A stretch of DNA of 64,000 nt from an uncultured archaeon (GTDB lineage: Archaea > Asgardarchaeota > Thorarchaeia > Thorarchaeales > Thorarchaeaceae): contig CAZSWP010000014.1 of the NCBI GenBank assembly GCA_964610875.1, positions 1 through 64,000 on the forward strand, read 5' to 3'. Of this stretch, positions 40,401-46,125 are shown in pieces. The notes below the pieces were generated by a model. That model had not been told where the DNA came from, made no database searches, and worked only from the letters and a program-made list of their open reading frames with translations. Made by a program: the position numbers and the translations under genes. Position 1 is the stretch's first letter. Each line of letters begins with the position of its first letter.

Positions 40401-40560
40401 ACCCTCAGAAATGATGAGTGAATATGAAATCGGAGAGCTCAGAAAAGAACTTGTCCAGAAGGGCGTTCCACCGCATGAAATAGATACCATCCTCGAACAG
40501 GCTAGAACACTGCCTAGAGAACTTGTAGAAGAGCTTCTCAAGAGCCTCGAAGATGTGTAA
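25414..40560 (+). CDS. Giant (~5,050 aa) type I membrane surface protein: signal peptide, 2x DUF2341+LamG, many Ig-like repeats, TM helix, cytoplasmic tail
   Basis: ATG at 25414 after SD gaggt; MKRLSIIAVLFILAFML signal. LTDFPV...DGDDI.F...WVKVP...YGNP (DUF2341) followed by FDG..D...W.H...YVDG...LDEVR (LamG), twice. T/S/N-rich ~100-aa repeats with many NxT/S sequons; TM PILLFILILVGLWI; charged C-terminal ~260 aa. Confidence 0.9.
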   Translation: MKRLSIIAVLFILAFMLPMTTTLPVVTNNPNQETITEQDDMKSRYAVSDISSGGGMTLPVTMTGTLTNTYDGQMVIDSSDSGETTITTTDGWTGSNLDSSINDLSLTIDNTLENGKLDDYHNEKWLISGYESEDVGVPNSWTLTKDISGGGSTHPHYGTFELNRFAGSGYQNSEGWRFDADWSSGTNIGAGDTIYISQMVSLPYRDIQSATLSFYYNVDSASSMRDDVFVFVRIAGYETEFHVFESGDTTSSWLQTSVSLTSGQLNTISLPDSVLVEIGIATDLSGFQSNSRTYHVYLDEIQLSTDVRPFPEQVGLKANGTLVQGAIEGSIYNYVPDDSNRDAYDDNTNGIDLNGYNNNGQLDVGIWSNDGTWPNAFTFQVGMQFPLTIPQGAAITSAWVEVEAATSSNTPDMRIYIAGEDTSSQPITNFTSGTPHMEDRYNWVDTSIDWDVSGWTSPVTIRQKTPDLSGLIQEIVSSSSWNETYYVCVMLDYMYSSSNQAYNTIKGSSNYAQNELARLFVEYMIPLPEDEVTTFAYEKDITIDQSMVAGPLTDFPVMINITDSDLKSKAQSDGDDIAFSIDGKAVDFEIEYYDPEYSVSEAHLVAWVKVPYLSSSSDTIITMHYGNPDARPMSSTAVWDGYETVHHLNHDPTGVTYDSTANNHDGTSYGSMTSDDLTTGLVDGAVDFDGSDDVISIGQIETDSWNSFTQSIWVYRDTATDCRVFSKSYTTSANQHILSTRIDTNNVLTVRLWTDGTGGSGASYSTGATVSLNQWHHIVWSWDASTGNVIVYVDGNLAYSTTHDGDTIYNADEMFTIGNVYVEAARNTNGTLDEVRLTQSVLTEDWIDTEYNNHLNPSSYISVGSERSVRDTWSDDDQAKLVMSTTSPDPVTLDIMMTMDIEGSGQSLDENMEPGSTYYMTNGSAIVDWVAHVLISPPAEATSMMAEIAYPMTEWNPTKILDPLSIELTYGTDWTFDGGIISISLNTAGIWGVYELQFQSWNYVENALLGHTGLSLAETDTYDIGDSMKVKVTTPWITDARVGMILTDPSGTEWYTAFNTTTGSASHEIPSFKYRKTITVESDYVAADVDNFPFFISILDTDLFDTSKVQSDGDDILFIQNGQILSHEITSFIQNFDGSRARLQAWIAANLSSTVDTPITMYYGNPVVGSQESVGNLWSEPSYEGVWHLEEAATAGQTSAIHYDSTTTDADGNQNGNARNTGRAGYAQQFDGTNDQIVVNASLGPSPPADATISGWFRLDNSFNDLSSTSQLIVSKYYSDYHDMHIALVGQDYGGSNAEYGALGFKVENDPNWLYKYTTITSWAANTWYHFACFIDSDNPSNHKIYIDGVDRTSTTSGGSSSYANISYAGDLQFGGGVADSQVDNRWLDGRMDEMRISSTSRSTGWLRTEYLNLYNLNSFVSVGSENQRTSPEATFTKTITSDYNAGLWTLTTYFNDTGTTVTNATGIYERNFIVQHDSSLSLISPTDAISDKVAVEVAGNQLMLEVELTDDVTSNGITGAEVTINWTVSDVATEVTLDEYDDGRYGKVLDTDDLGHNQRWRINIGSYHPYYNNATDYFDLDLYHETKLTYKHVETTPTGFDFTATLVYWDVYDNVPITGASISFDNGTAITPDAEGSGEYNISLSSSSYNYGDHIFTFNATKSSSYLLVGQSDVIFTLRKHYTAVSVTGDLLTPYGETTELTIILIDLDTGTSVPIGDVASFTFTPDVETSEGETSPISDYIYTMGTDDWSVKTEGVTLSVSLAGSQYYDPDDYSFDITIRKHYTALSINANLTTPYGFTTDISVILIDLDTGGTVAIGNVYNITFDPTGYGSDSETDPIPDYDFTLATSSWSVGTVSVTLIVDMTGSIYNNPDDYVFEIIIRKRMTSMSVSGDFVTPFGESTDVTVTITDLDTGSTVTIGNVYNITFDPTGYTSYSETDPISDYEFTLDTSSWSVGTVSVTLIVDMTGSNYDSPDNYVFSIQIRKHYTSVTVIGNLTTPHGFTTDLTVILTDLDTGSTVTIGNVYNITFDPTGYTSYSETDPISDYEFTLDTSSWSVGTVSVILIVDMAGSDYVNPTNYAFNIIIRKHFTSVSISGDFITPFGENTTVTISLIDTDTGGTVATTDVVSWTFTPDSNPVNSESSPSDYEFELDTDGWVVSTDSITFSVDLSGSIYIDPDDFVFSVTIRKHYTSVTVTGDLTTPYGNDTTVTVVITDLDTATTIGFGAVNYLNFTWTGGYNDTASALMTVLQTNTWNVGSTTVTLDVSMIGSNYFDPTDYDFSVTITPLEITLYHEPTDLIFPQEDDFELVLRVNVSEPGQYHGDIVPDLVQAEFTVRNSTYTYTITLYEIGTSTGRYNLTISWVNNFFEGDYTITIRVNPVDSRYKSDSLVVTFNYRPARSELSSPDRAAVTPFETNYTISLNFTDIDRDSGISGATITIDGVTSYVVYDLGGGLYEVSINVDGMSKGEHLYDVTADADGYEAQTIEFKVIIRIAYTYAIPTTGALDVPVGNSPVFYVDYWDIDHDEAVTGATVTDNWTARVDIAWTGSRYKVTFNVPDNTTLGTYLVMFTFSKGENYQEGQFNISVVVRTHNTDFRLVSAIEPTSFNGQINISVFYGDLDSGGAGIAASNVTHAVWNGTNWVTSSFENDTSLGVGYYLIAIPASQFGGLGLQNFTVYFNWTGSVYKYQNKTLIASVNIIGEDSKLTLLLSSEPTPYLDNMTYTFFYAELYSGDGITNTSSPYGDGNVHISVSFQGLSVDLSQVDIWEIDSTNNPGEYRIRFDTEIFSDIGVIYMNVFINWSKGVEPFYTNRTDTITVRILARDTQLAVVPASATPYAENATFSFTFEDSLLNTEIANASNMMITLSLSYYNLTYNETTLVFTVYFNTSQFGETIGQKSFTLGVEWVGAPFYANKTGRILYVTVTTRDTVVDFQAPAPTPYLNNVTFTVTWTDVTGASTSGIELASLILYDGVTAIDTIYYNVTEIGNGEYSIEFNTTYYTTPGTYSLKLEISSTKVYYATKTTTRDLIVQFRNSILTTDPIADVAYNSSIIIQAYFQDSLTGANIVNNSDIVFTIETGSNWIFTCEWQPSLEYYLITIETYNQAGLEIGVDYNLRLRMTYAYQSPFYDYDDVIVTYEIRYRDSTLDRVQSPVQTPYLDTITFSVLYTDADGNSGITGATIYISEGGTLLTSGVDYTFSDDLDGYYTINVDTTALDGLGSTNVRIYANWTGTPYHDNASLSINLVVTRRVTDIVVVSTPSRTSYNENVTFVVTFNDLGTGSTLSVTKNLLTLYIGTSSLFSSDWSFTEISTDTYEVQVLSTKLTTVLASGLNVTLHVDWPDSPNYYQDDSTSVSVTIIARTTAVTIERPASTAYGENATLELTFIDTTETPEEVIDSPLVDRSTNLTETPTWTYSAGTGIWTLSFDTAQFGEIGEMVFHINVTWVGSPFYANKTLRIVYVVIIERQTQVEFDSPTPTPYGDNVNFTIEYIDIAGATDTGIDDATLTLYYLGSPINSLYYDYTKQGNGVFEVEFNSSFFANPDSYDLNVSLVYDGLGYKADGYAIRSLRVLYRSTLASAEPAGSIGYATIFTIEVSFIDSLTLAVVGNGSGYVTFTITNNTETWEFNITWNGADETYTLSVDTDGHPGLELNKPYRLYFEMSYDNVVPFYRSDDSYISFTIRQRTSILDITEPPTPTSYLEFAEVTIYYLDTDENQGISGSSIVVSTTVPLTLNVDYFVTPGDPGYYLIQLNTSVWGALGSFTVTITITGDWSDAIAPYHADASRNTTIRVIRRTTNVEILSPPSNTMYLDNLTLTFEYVDTTNFDSPMPISITSDDIVIYADGAPLGPTDFVLTPFGSAFILNINSTVFGEFLVTNLNLTIVVDWDDGTSPFYEDDQTYIRVSTTKRNLAITLGQIETTPYGDNMTIEFTVEDSNRLSGVGDLIILFECTNLTLIEGFNFWITEGTGVNEGLYTINVDTGQFLGDVGNYQYTLRVQWNQSQVPFYRNLTAITLTGSVDLIWTNLQNDLPDPSPVQYTGNVSILVYFTDLDHEQVGIDVANTTFTVVYVSSGIAPEQLRINPLGNGVYNISFSTENLPGVGSVRLNITVDSFPYEPISITPSLTISAIQTTLEPLEATIQLSWTELADITFYYLDNLHDNLTVGAELKYNWIGGDGVLVETSPGVYEISIDTALADAGTRVITFNATKDNFQFAIATITLVVATLPSDIDAIVPSSLVEDINRGSPVVVTLYLNDTFNNAAIDDEYVNEVKISFITGTFYLSYTGTAGIYNGSIPGDSTILSPGFYSVIITCTYRNYNPASYQFKINLKETPTVLSSSRYGNATALETVFSTQFNLTLALEAPTIDYIITDGIVNWTIPQLKISGDFINLGNGSYVATFNTTGMFFGVWAVTVRAYPDNKTLAETVRGFTLTINQITTITIREVIPDRYWGWVGNVSVQYYDISFERGIGGANVTYTWEGGSDLSYDLGNGTYLIPIYSNSVLPDSYNIKITFTKENHQVGTATISIIIRPVPTELIATAPSMNYIPDSTTSLELPINETVTITLYYNDTDNSDGYIGGLEGANFGSSVISSDLGTAFVIPLSIEVSEIGDGYYEFSFDTNLVRFNVKIGYSYTITFIVNLANRTRSVALMKVKVIEMPTVIEIIQQDINIMYGEIGEIWLNYTNGWPAYEGQPIRNANLSLDYASQFLTFSNPEERSPGIYVIQYTAGSSFVPSDYAIPIEVQLNITNHEIKTLSFIIIVAPTPEAQTLYNSTILGTPILLFILILVGLWIKVWSVPKKLRQINGQIKQLRKGKIPKPIDDAKPREALVAELFNDTYEDYRVGDKVITRKPDQMPSEAVAVEVPEMGELLIQLSILTNLSPEELDEFKADISKMKISEQAAFVKEVIMQEAIRAARRENKTVEDIIEDIEHQARVQLSGEDIERVDRTKAPTEEEPILLLDDEVTEEVTPIDEEEEISESAREIIDTIRREEVATPSEMMSEYEIGELRKELVQKGVPPHEIDTILEQARTLPRELVEELLKSLEDV
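30445..32280 (+). repeat. About six tandem 306-bp (102-aa) Ig-like repeats
   Basis: gacttggacac anchors at 30535, 30841, 31147 and 31453; RKH[Y/F]T motif repeated; 31147-31300 is identical to 31453-31606. Confidence 0.9.
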
Positions 40561-40566
40561 ATCCAT

Positions 40567-40592
40567 TGCCTGTCAATCTTCTTTTGGCAGGC
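40567..40592. terminator. Hairpin between convergent genes
   Basis: tgcctgtcaa / ttggcaggca. Confidence 0.5.
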
Positions 40593-40594
40593 AC

Positions 40595-41371
40595 CTACTC
40601 ATCTGAGCTCTCATCATCACGGTTGAGAAAATAGGATAGAGGCAATGTACTTCCAAAATCGGTCGGTTTCGAACGCGTGCTACGTCTTACTGGATATTGT
40701 GGATGTTTTGCCAATGTGTACTTGGAATAAGATTTGGACTCCTCAACGTAGACATGAATCTGCGAATAACTGGCAATTGCTTTCCCACCTGCTGGAGAAT
40801 ACTGACTTCTCTCTGAACTTGGTGCAGAAACAACTGTGAATAAATTTCTCTTGAGCGATTCGGTCATGATTCTGGTTATCATGTGTGTGAGTTGTTGCAG
40901 CCCTTCACCAGTCAGTCCCTCTTTGATGTACAAGTCTGGAAGACCTGTGACCATTAGCACTTTTGCGTGTACTCGTGAGAGGAAGTCATCAAGCTGGTTC
41001 ATTATCAAGTCATATGTCTGTGAAGAGTTGAATGCGCGTGTGATATATATGCGGTCCATGACCTCTTCTGGTTCCAGCCCAAATTCGAAGGCATAGTCTG
41101 TGATATTTTCGAACTTCACTACGTTCGCACTATCAATGATTATTGTTGAACAGTCGAGTCCACCCTTTTCTTCGGGCAGCTGAGCATGGACTGCAATTTT
41201 CAGAAGGTCATTGTGTAAACTTCGGACTCCGTAGAATAGGTGAGTCAATCCAGCTTCAAGCCCTCCGGATAGCAATATGTCTAATGCGTCAATCCCAGTA
41301 CCCAGTATTCTACGCGTCACCTGATCTGCAGTCTGGAACCCTGAATAGACTTCCGCATTATTATCCTTCAT
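40595..41371 (-). CDS. RadA/Rad51-like paralogue lacking Walker A
   Basis: TGIDALDILLSGGLEAG, AVHAQLPEEKGGL, IYITRAFNS.Q, GGKAIA, AKHP. The P-loop position reads YGVRSLHN. Confidence 0.8.
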   Translation of the reverse strand: MKDNNAEVYSGFQTADQVTRRILGTGIDALDILLSGGLEAGLTHLFYGVRSLHNDLLKIAVHAQLPEEKGGLDCSTIIIDSANVVKFENITDYAFEFGLEPEEVMDRIYITRAFNSSQTYDLIMNQLDDFLSRVHAKVLMVTGLPDLYIKEGLTGEGLQQLTHMITRIMTESLKRNLFTVVSAPSSERSQYSPAGGKAIASYSQIHVYVEESKSYSKYTLAKHPQYPVRRSTRSKPTDFGSTLPLSYFLNRDDESSDE

Positions 41372-41493
41372 CTCAGGTATTGGTTACAGCTGAACATTAA
41401 TAACGACCCCTAAGTTTGGCGCCGCCTTATGCCGCTGGCGACTTGCTTAAAAGCTGAGGTAACATACTAACTAGTAGTCGGGAGGACAGAAAC

Positions 41494-41712
41494 TTGGTTG
41501 GTCAAAAAATACGAGTGTGCCCTCGTTGCGGAAGTGCTAGAATCAAAGAAACTGCTAGCTCTGTAGGTGGTTGGTTGATTCCTACGACGTATTACTGTGA
41601 GTCTGAGGGTTGTGGGTACTCGGGCCCAATATATGTCGAAGTTGACGCTGAACAACTCGAAGATTTTCAACGTGCAATAAAAGAAGAAACGGAACTTGAG
41701 TCAGTATATTAA
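41494..41712 (+). CDS. Small zinc-ribbon protein
   Basis: CPRCGS...YYCESEGCGYSGP; SD ggagga. Confidence 0.75.
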   Translation: MVGQKIRVCPRCGSARIKETASSVGGWLIPTTYYCESEGCGYSGPIYVEVDAEQLEDFQRAIKEETELESVY

Positions 41713-41770
41713 CATTTACTCCGAAATTCACTTAAGGGGTATCTATTTCCCTAGATTAAGGTGAATAAAC

Positions 41771-42211
41771 GTGGTCAAGGTAGATGAATTCGAATTTCCT
41801 GATGACTTGAGATATTTCTCAACAGAAACTGATTCACTGTGGCTGAAACAAGAGGATGGAAAGGTGCGTCTAGGCATTACTCCCCTCGGTGCTTATGCTG
41901 CAGGTAAAATCAAGTTCATCCGGCTACGCCCTCCTGGAAAAGAAGTAAAGAGTGGTCGAAGTATTGGCACACTCGAATCCGGCAAATGGACTGGAGCTGT
42001 TAAAGCTCCTCTTACAGGAACGATAGTTGAAGTCAATGATGATTTGAAAGATAATCCCTCTCTTCTAAATGATGATCCTTATGAAAAAGGATGGATTACA
42101 GTCCTTGAACCATCTGACATGTCCGAATTTGAAGCACTACAAGGTGCTGATGGGCTAGAAGAATGGGCCAAGAACGAAGTTGCTGCGAAGAAAGCGCTGA
42201 AAGGAGATTAG
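41771..42211 (+). CDS. gcvH: Glycine cleavage H / lipoyl-carrier protein
   Basis: FPDDLRY, RLGIT, GTLESGKW (lipoyl Lys), APLTG, NDDPYEKGW; SD aggtga. Confidence 0.88.
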   Translation: MVKVDEFEFPDDLRYFSTETDSLWLKQEDGKVRLGITPLGAYAAGKIKFIRLRPPGKEVKSGRSIGTLESGKWTGAVKAPLTGTIVEVNDDLKDNPSLLNDDPYEKGWITVLEPSDMSEFEALQGADGLEEWAKNEVAAKKALKGD

Positions 42212-42215
42212 ACAT

Positions 42216-42272
42216 AAAATATGTGGGACCGGGACATACCGGTCTCGCACATTTTCATTTCTTTATTTTTTC
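42216..42272 (+). terminator. Hairpin plus U-rich tract after gcvH
   Basis: aaaatatgtgggaccgg / ccggtctcgcacatttt with G:U pairs, then a T-rich run. Confidence 0.6.
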
Positions 42273-42278
42273 ATAAAC

Positions 42279-43415
42279 CTATTTTCTACGAATCAGTTCT
42301 CTTCTGAGATGCACTGCTGCATCATACAATATCTCTGGTGGGACAAGTATGTACAACAGGTTCCTTGAGTAACCTGATTCAAAAATCACACTTTGAAAAA
42401 TCAGAGTCTGTAGACTCTTCTCTATGTCACTTAGGGAGTATTTTATGCCCATCTCTTCACATTTGATCTGCACAATTTCATTCAATGTTTTTCTATCAAC
42501 ATAGGTTTCGCTCTTGTAACGCATTAGATGCTCAGCTAACGCCTCTAATACAACTAGGGTCATAAAATCGTTCAGGCTGATTGCTTCAATCGTATCCATG
42601 TAGTCATCATCATTAATGAATGTGGTAATATTGCTGGTTGCATTTCTAACAATATCTGAATCAATTTGTTGTCCACTTGATGCGAGTGGCCATAACGCTT
42701 TGAGTGCCTCGATTGATGTCTTTGGTTTTGAAGCATCAAATTCACATACTATGTCTGTGATATATCTAACAATCTCATCTGTGAGCCCTAATGGAAAGGT
42801 GTCCTCAACTCGCATCCTCACAATGTCATAGAGTTGTGACTGAGTGTAGGTATCGAGTGGAATTTCAAAATCATATGCCATGGAAGTTGCAGGACCCTTC
42901 GTGAGAAGTCTATAATCATGACTGTTCAGCACACCGATTGTACTTGCCTTTATCTCCTTGGATAACCTCGCGAGCTTTCCGTAAATCTCCTCATTCCGTT
43001 CATCAATATTATCGATAACAAAGACCCCTCTTTGAGGTGCTGCTGCAGCGGTTCGTCGGAACTGCATCCATAGTACATCTAGGTCAAAAGCAATGGTGAT
43101 CGGTGTGTTTGTTTGTTGGTGAATCTTATCATTTAGTTCTGACACAATTTCTAGAATATCCTTATTCTTTGCATCCACGTAGACCGTGTAGGGACTAAAT
43201 TTCTCAGGAATCAGCTTGGTTAGAAAATAGCGGGAAAAAACCGTCATTCCTACTCCAGTTATGCCATGAATAAGGCAGTTCACACCATAATCATCTTCGT
43301 AAGAGTCTCCGTATATGCCTCCAATGGTTTCTAGTTCTCGGTCCCGATAGAGTAGTTGTTTCGGAACGTAATATGGATCAAAAAGCCCTTTTGGACTTGT
43401 ATCAACCTTTCTCAT
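42279..43415 (-). CDS. Orc1/Cdc6-like AAA+ protein with degenerate Walker motifs
   Basis: FDPYYVPKQLLYRDRELE, HGITGVGMT, VIDNID, YTQSQLYDIVRMRV, and a C-terminal winged helix. Start is probably ATG 43415 or 43424 (track gives 43457). Confidence 0.8.
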   Translation of the reverse strand: MRKVDTSPKGLFDPYYVPKQLLYRDRELETIGGIYGDSYEDDYGVNCLIHGITGVGMTVFSRYFLTKLIPEKFSPYTVYVDAKNKDILEIVSELNDKIHQQTNTPITIAFDLDVLWMQFRRTAAAAPQRGVFVIDNIDERNEEIYGKLARLSKEIKASTIGVLNSHDYRLLTKGPATSMAYDFEIPLDTYTQSQLYDIVRMRVEDTFPLGLTDEIVRYITDIVCEFDASKPKTSIEALKALWPLASSGQQIDSDIVRNATSNITTFINDDDYMDTIEAISLNDFMTLVVLEALAEHLMRYKSETYVDRKTLNEIVQIKCEEMGIKYSLSDIEKSLQTLIFQSVIFESGYSRNLLYILVPPEILYDAAVHLRRELIRRK

Positions 43416-43463
43416 GCACATCATAACTTGGTCATGATGTGTACTTATAAGCACCACAGGGAC

Positions 43464-43485
43464 ATGACCGAAAGTAATCGGTCAT
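43464..43485. promoter_or_regulatory. Palindrome ATGACC-N10-GGTCAT upstream of the cdc6-like TATA box
   Basis: atgaccgaaagtaatcggtcat; TATA-like cttataag at 43444-43451; related site at 58714-58736. Confidence 0.45.
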
Positions 43486-43487
43486 CT

Positions 43488-44825
43488 TCATACCATTGAA
43501 GCAAGGACATCATTACAATCAGGGTCCAAAATGAAGCCGTTAAAACCATCACCAATGATCTCTCGTAGTTTCTTGATTCTTGTCAATTTAATCGTATCAC
43601 TGAATATCCACTTATGTTCTGGTTTTGGTGTGACTCCAAAATGTTCACACAAATCAACAATATCCAAAACGGCTTGGTAAAGGTCCTGTCCAGATTTTCC
43701 TTCAGGTCTAATTTCACGTGAATGTAATACTATTCCATACGCTGGGGTGTTATTTCCCAGATACCACTTGCTCGGTCCATGCCCGTATTTGGAAAAGGAT
43801 TCAAGATTATGACTCTTGAGTAGTTTGTTTATTTCGTCAATTATATCCTGCATTTTCAACAAGCTCTCGGAATGAAATCCATATCCTTCAAAGAGAGCCA
43901 TTTGATTACCTTTGATTGGATTTCTCTTGGGTAGTTTTATTCTGATATGCCTCATTCGATCTAATTCTTCTTTAGATAGTTCCCTCACTTCAGCAAACTC
44001 TTCAATTTCGCATTTCTCTACTTCCGGACATTCAATAATATGTACTGGCGGATTCAAATCCCCTCGGATATCCTCATGAACCGCTGCAATTACTTCACCG
44101 TACCGGACTGGCAGGGTTCTTTTTTTCATCTCATTCAATGCGAAGCCAGTTTCATTATTATCAGAGTATTCAATCTTTAGACCAAAAATATCTTCATCAA
44201 TGATTGGCTTGATTGTTAGCCTCAGTTCAGTGATGAAGCCAAGTGTCCCGTGTGAACTAGCAATATCATGAATAGTCATATTTTGTCTGTTCAATTCTTC
44301 TTCGAGCGTTTTGTCCGAACTAGTAACTCCCTCCCAGTCAATTACATGCTTATTTCCAAGATAGTCTACTATTTTTACTTGTTGAGTGTTATCTCGCATT
44401 GTACCATTGACCCAAGTGTCATTTCCTCCGCCATCTGTTGATAGAATTCCCCCCACAGTGGCTATATCTCTGCTACTTGGTGCTACATAGAGTCGCATCC
44501 CCATCGGACGTAAGTGATTATTAATTTGGTCTGGTGTCACGCCTGGCTGAACATCAATGAATCCCTGTTCCTTTGATACTGAGATGATCCTCTTCATTTT
44601 CAAACTACTCAGCATTATCCGTTCCCTATCGCCTCCAGTACAAGCTCCACTAAGTCCGGTACCTGCCCCTTTTGGTGTTACATCAAAATTCTTCTCTCTT
44701 GCATTTCGAATTGCCATGATGACATCTTGTTCATCCCTTGGATAGAAAACGCCCTTTATTCTGTTGAAATTCAATCTATAGTAGATAGAAGCATTCGCAC
44801 CAATTGCTATATCCCTTAATTTCAC
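43488..44825 (-). CDS. FAD-binding oxidoreductase (GlcD/D-lactate dehydrogenase-like)
   Basis: PKGAGTGLSG, VQPGVT, PSS..ATVGG, SHGTLGFITE, C-terminal EH. Confidence 0.85.
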   Translation of the reverse strand: MKLRDIAIGANASIYYRLNFNRIKGVFYPRDEQDVIMAIRNAREKNFDVTPKGAGTGLSGACTGGDRERIMLSSLKMKRIISVSKEQGFIDVQPGVTPDQINNHLRPMGMRLYVAPSSRDIATVGGILSTDGGGNDTWVNGTMRDNTQQVKIVDYLGNKHVIDWEGVTSSDKTLEEELNRQNMTIHDIASSHGTLGFITELRLTIKPIIDEDIFGLKIEYSDNNETGFALNEMKKRTLPVRYGEVIAAVHEDIRGDLNPPVHIIECPEVEKCEIEEFAEVRELSKEELDRMRHIRIKLPKRNPIKGNQMALFEGYGFHSESLLKMQDIIDEINKLLKSHNLESFSKYGHGPSKWYLGNNTPAYGIVLHSREIRPEGKSGQDLYQAVLDIVDLCEHFGVTPKPEHKWIFSDTIKLTRIKKLREIIGDGFNGFILDPDCNDVLASMV

Positions 44826-45935
44826 CTAATCATTCGCCCCATTTTGTAGTGCTTTCCACAAAACTTCTATGATATCAAGAGTGTCCAGTTCGTTACTAAA
44901 AAGTTGTTCGCGGCAGGATGGACAACATGTAATCACAGTAGAATCCTTGAGATCTTCACTTGCAGCTCTCATTTCGATGATGATGCTACTGAGATTAGGG
45001 TCTGTCATTCGTAACAAACCTCCACCACCACAGCAGCTTGGCTCAATATCACGATATTGTATTCCTAGTTTCCTAAGAAGAGATCGTGGTTCTCTCTTGA
45101 TTTCTAAAATGCGATGTAGTTCGCAGGGGTCATGATATGTAAGATTCTCATTCGTTTCATACTCTGGTAGTTCATCAAATAATTCATCAAAGAATTCTGA
45201 ATGATGAAGAGTTTTGACCCCCTCTAGATTGTGATATTCTCTCAATTGAATTAAGCAACCTGGACAACAGGTAACAACACGAGAAGCTTCCGCATCCTCG
45301 ATAACTGATTTGTTGTGTTTTCGAAGATCTTCTGCTCTTTCATCTTGACCCATTAGGTGCAATGGGTGTCCACAACAGAACTCCTCAGCACCCATAACCA
45401 AGTATTCCACTTTTTTCTTTTCCAATGTCTTGAATAATGCACGAAGCACATCTATCTGTGTACCACGAAATGACATTACACATCCAAGAAAAATCATCAC
45501 ATCAGCTCTCTTACCCGGTTGATAGACTCTCTCTGATATTTCTGGAATATCATCTTCCAATTCATCAAGCCAATAGATAGCTCTGTCTTCAGGATCAAGA
45601 CCGTAGATGTTTTGCACATTGGCTAGAGCCTCTCTAAGGGAATCAAGATATTCAAACTCCTGAGGAGCCATTTCCAAAGCTTTTGCTCTTTGTTCATGCC
45701 ATATACGAAGAAGATCCACATCTGAGGAACATATCTCTTTGCAGCGTCCGCACATTGTACATGTAAATAATAATCTTCTAAATTCACTTGCTAGTTCAGG
45801 GTCATCATCGATCAAATCCATTACTTGAAGCAAGTATGTCTTACCTCTGGGTGAGAATTGTTCCTCTCCTATTGCGTCAAATATGGGGCATATAGCGAGA
45901 CAGGAACCACATCTTACGCATTTATCATATGACAT
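44826..45935 (-). CDS. Fe-S / CCG-domain oxidoreductase subunit (GlcF/HdrD-like)
   Basis: CVRCGSCLAICP, CTMCGRCKEIC, GC, CCG, CPGC, YHDPC, CCGGGG, CPSC. True start is ATG 45935 after SD ggagt. Confidence 0.88.
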   Translation of the reverse strand: MSYDKCVRCGSCLAICPIFDAIGEEQFSPRGKTYLLQVMDLIDDDPELASEFRRLLFTCTMCGRCKEICSSDVDLLRIWHEQRAKALEMAPQEFEYLDSLREALANVQNIYGLDPEDRAIYWLDELEDDIPEISERVYQPGKRADVMIFLGCVMSFRGTQIDVLRALFKTLEKKKVEYLVMGAEEFCCGHPLHLMGQDERAEDLRKHNKSVIEDAEASRVVTCCPGCLIQLREYHNLEGVKTLHHSEFFDELFDELPEYETNENLTYHDPCELHRILEIKREPRSLLRKLGIQYRDIEPSCCGGGGLLRMTDPNLSSIIIEMRAASEDLKDSTVITCCPSCREQLFSNELDTLDIIEVLWKALQNGAND

Positions 45936-46125
45936 TGAATTGACTCCATCTGAATATAGTATAAGGTTACGATTTGAAACATAAAAGATATGTTGTTCGG
46001 ATGTATTTCTAAATGTGTACCTTCTCATTGCCCTTTGGTAAACTTTCAATACTGCTCTTTTCGGTGTGTATTTAAGCTCACAAGAATTGCATGATGATGT
46101 CCTCGTATGCAATGAGGTTAGTGCC

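Noticed and set aside
42212-43490. Replication origin next to the cdc6-like gene
   Set aside because: The flanking intergenic spaces are under 80 bp, with no ORB repeats or AT-rich unwinding element.
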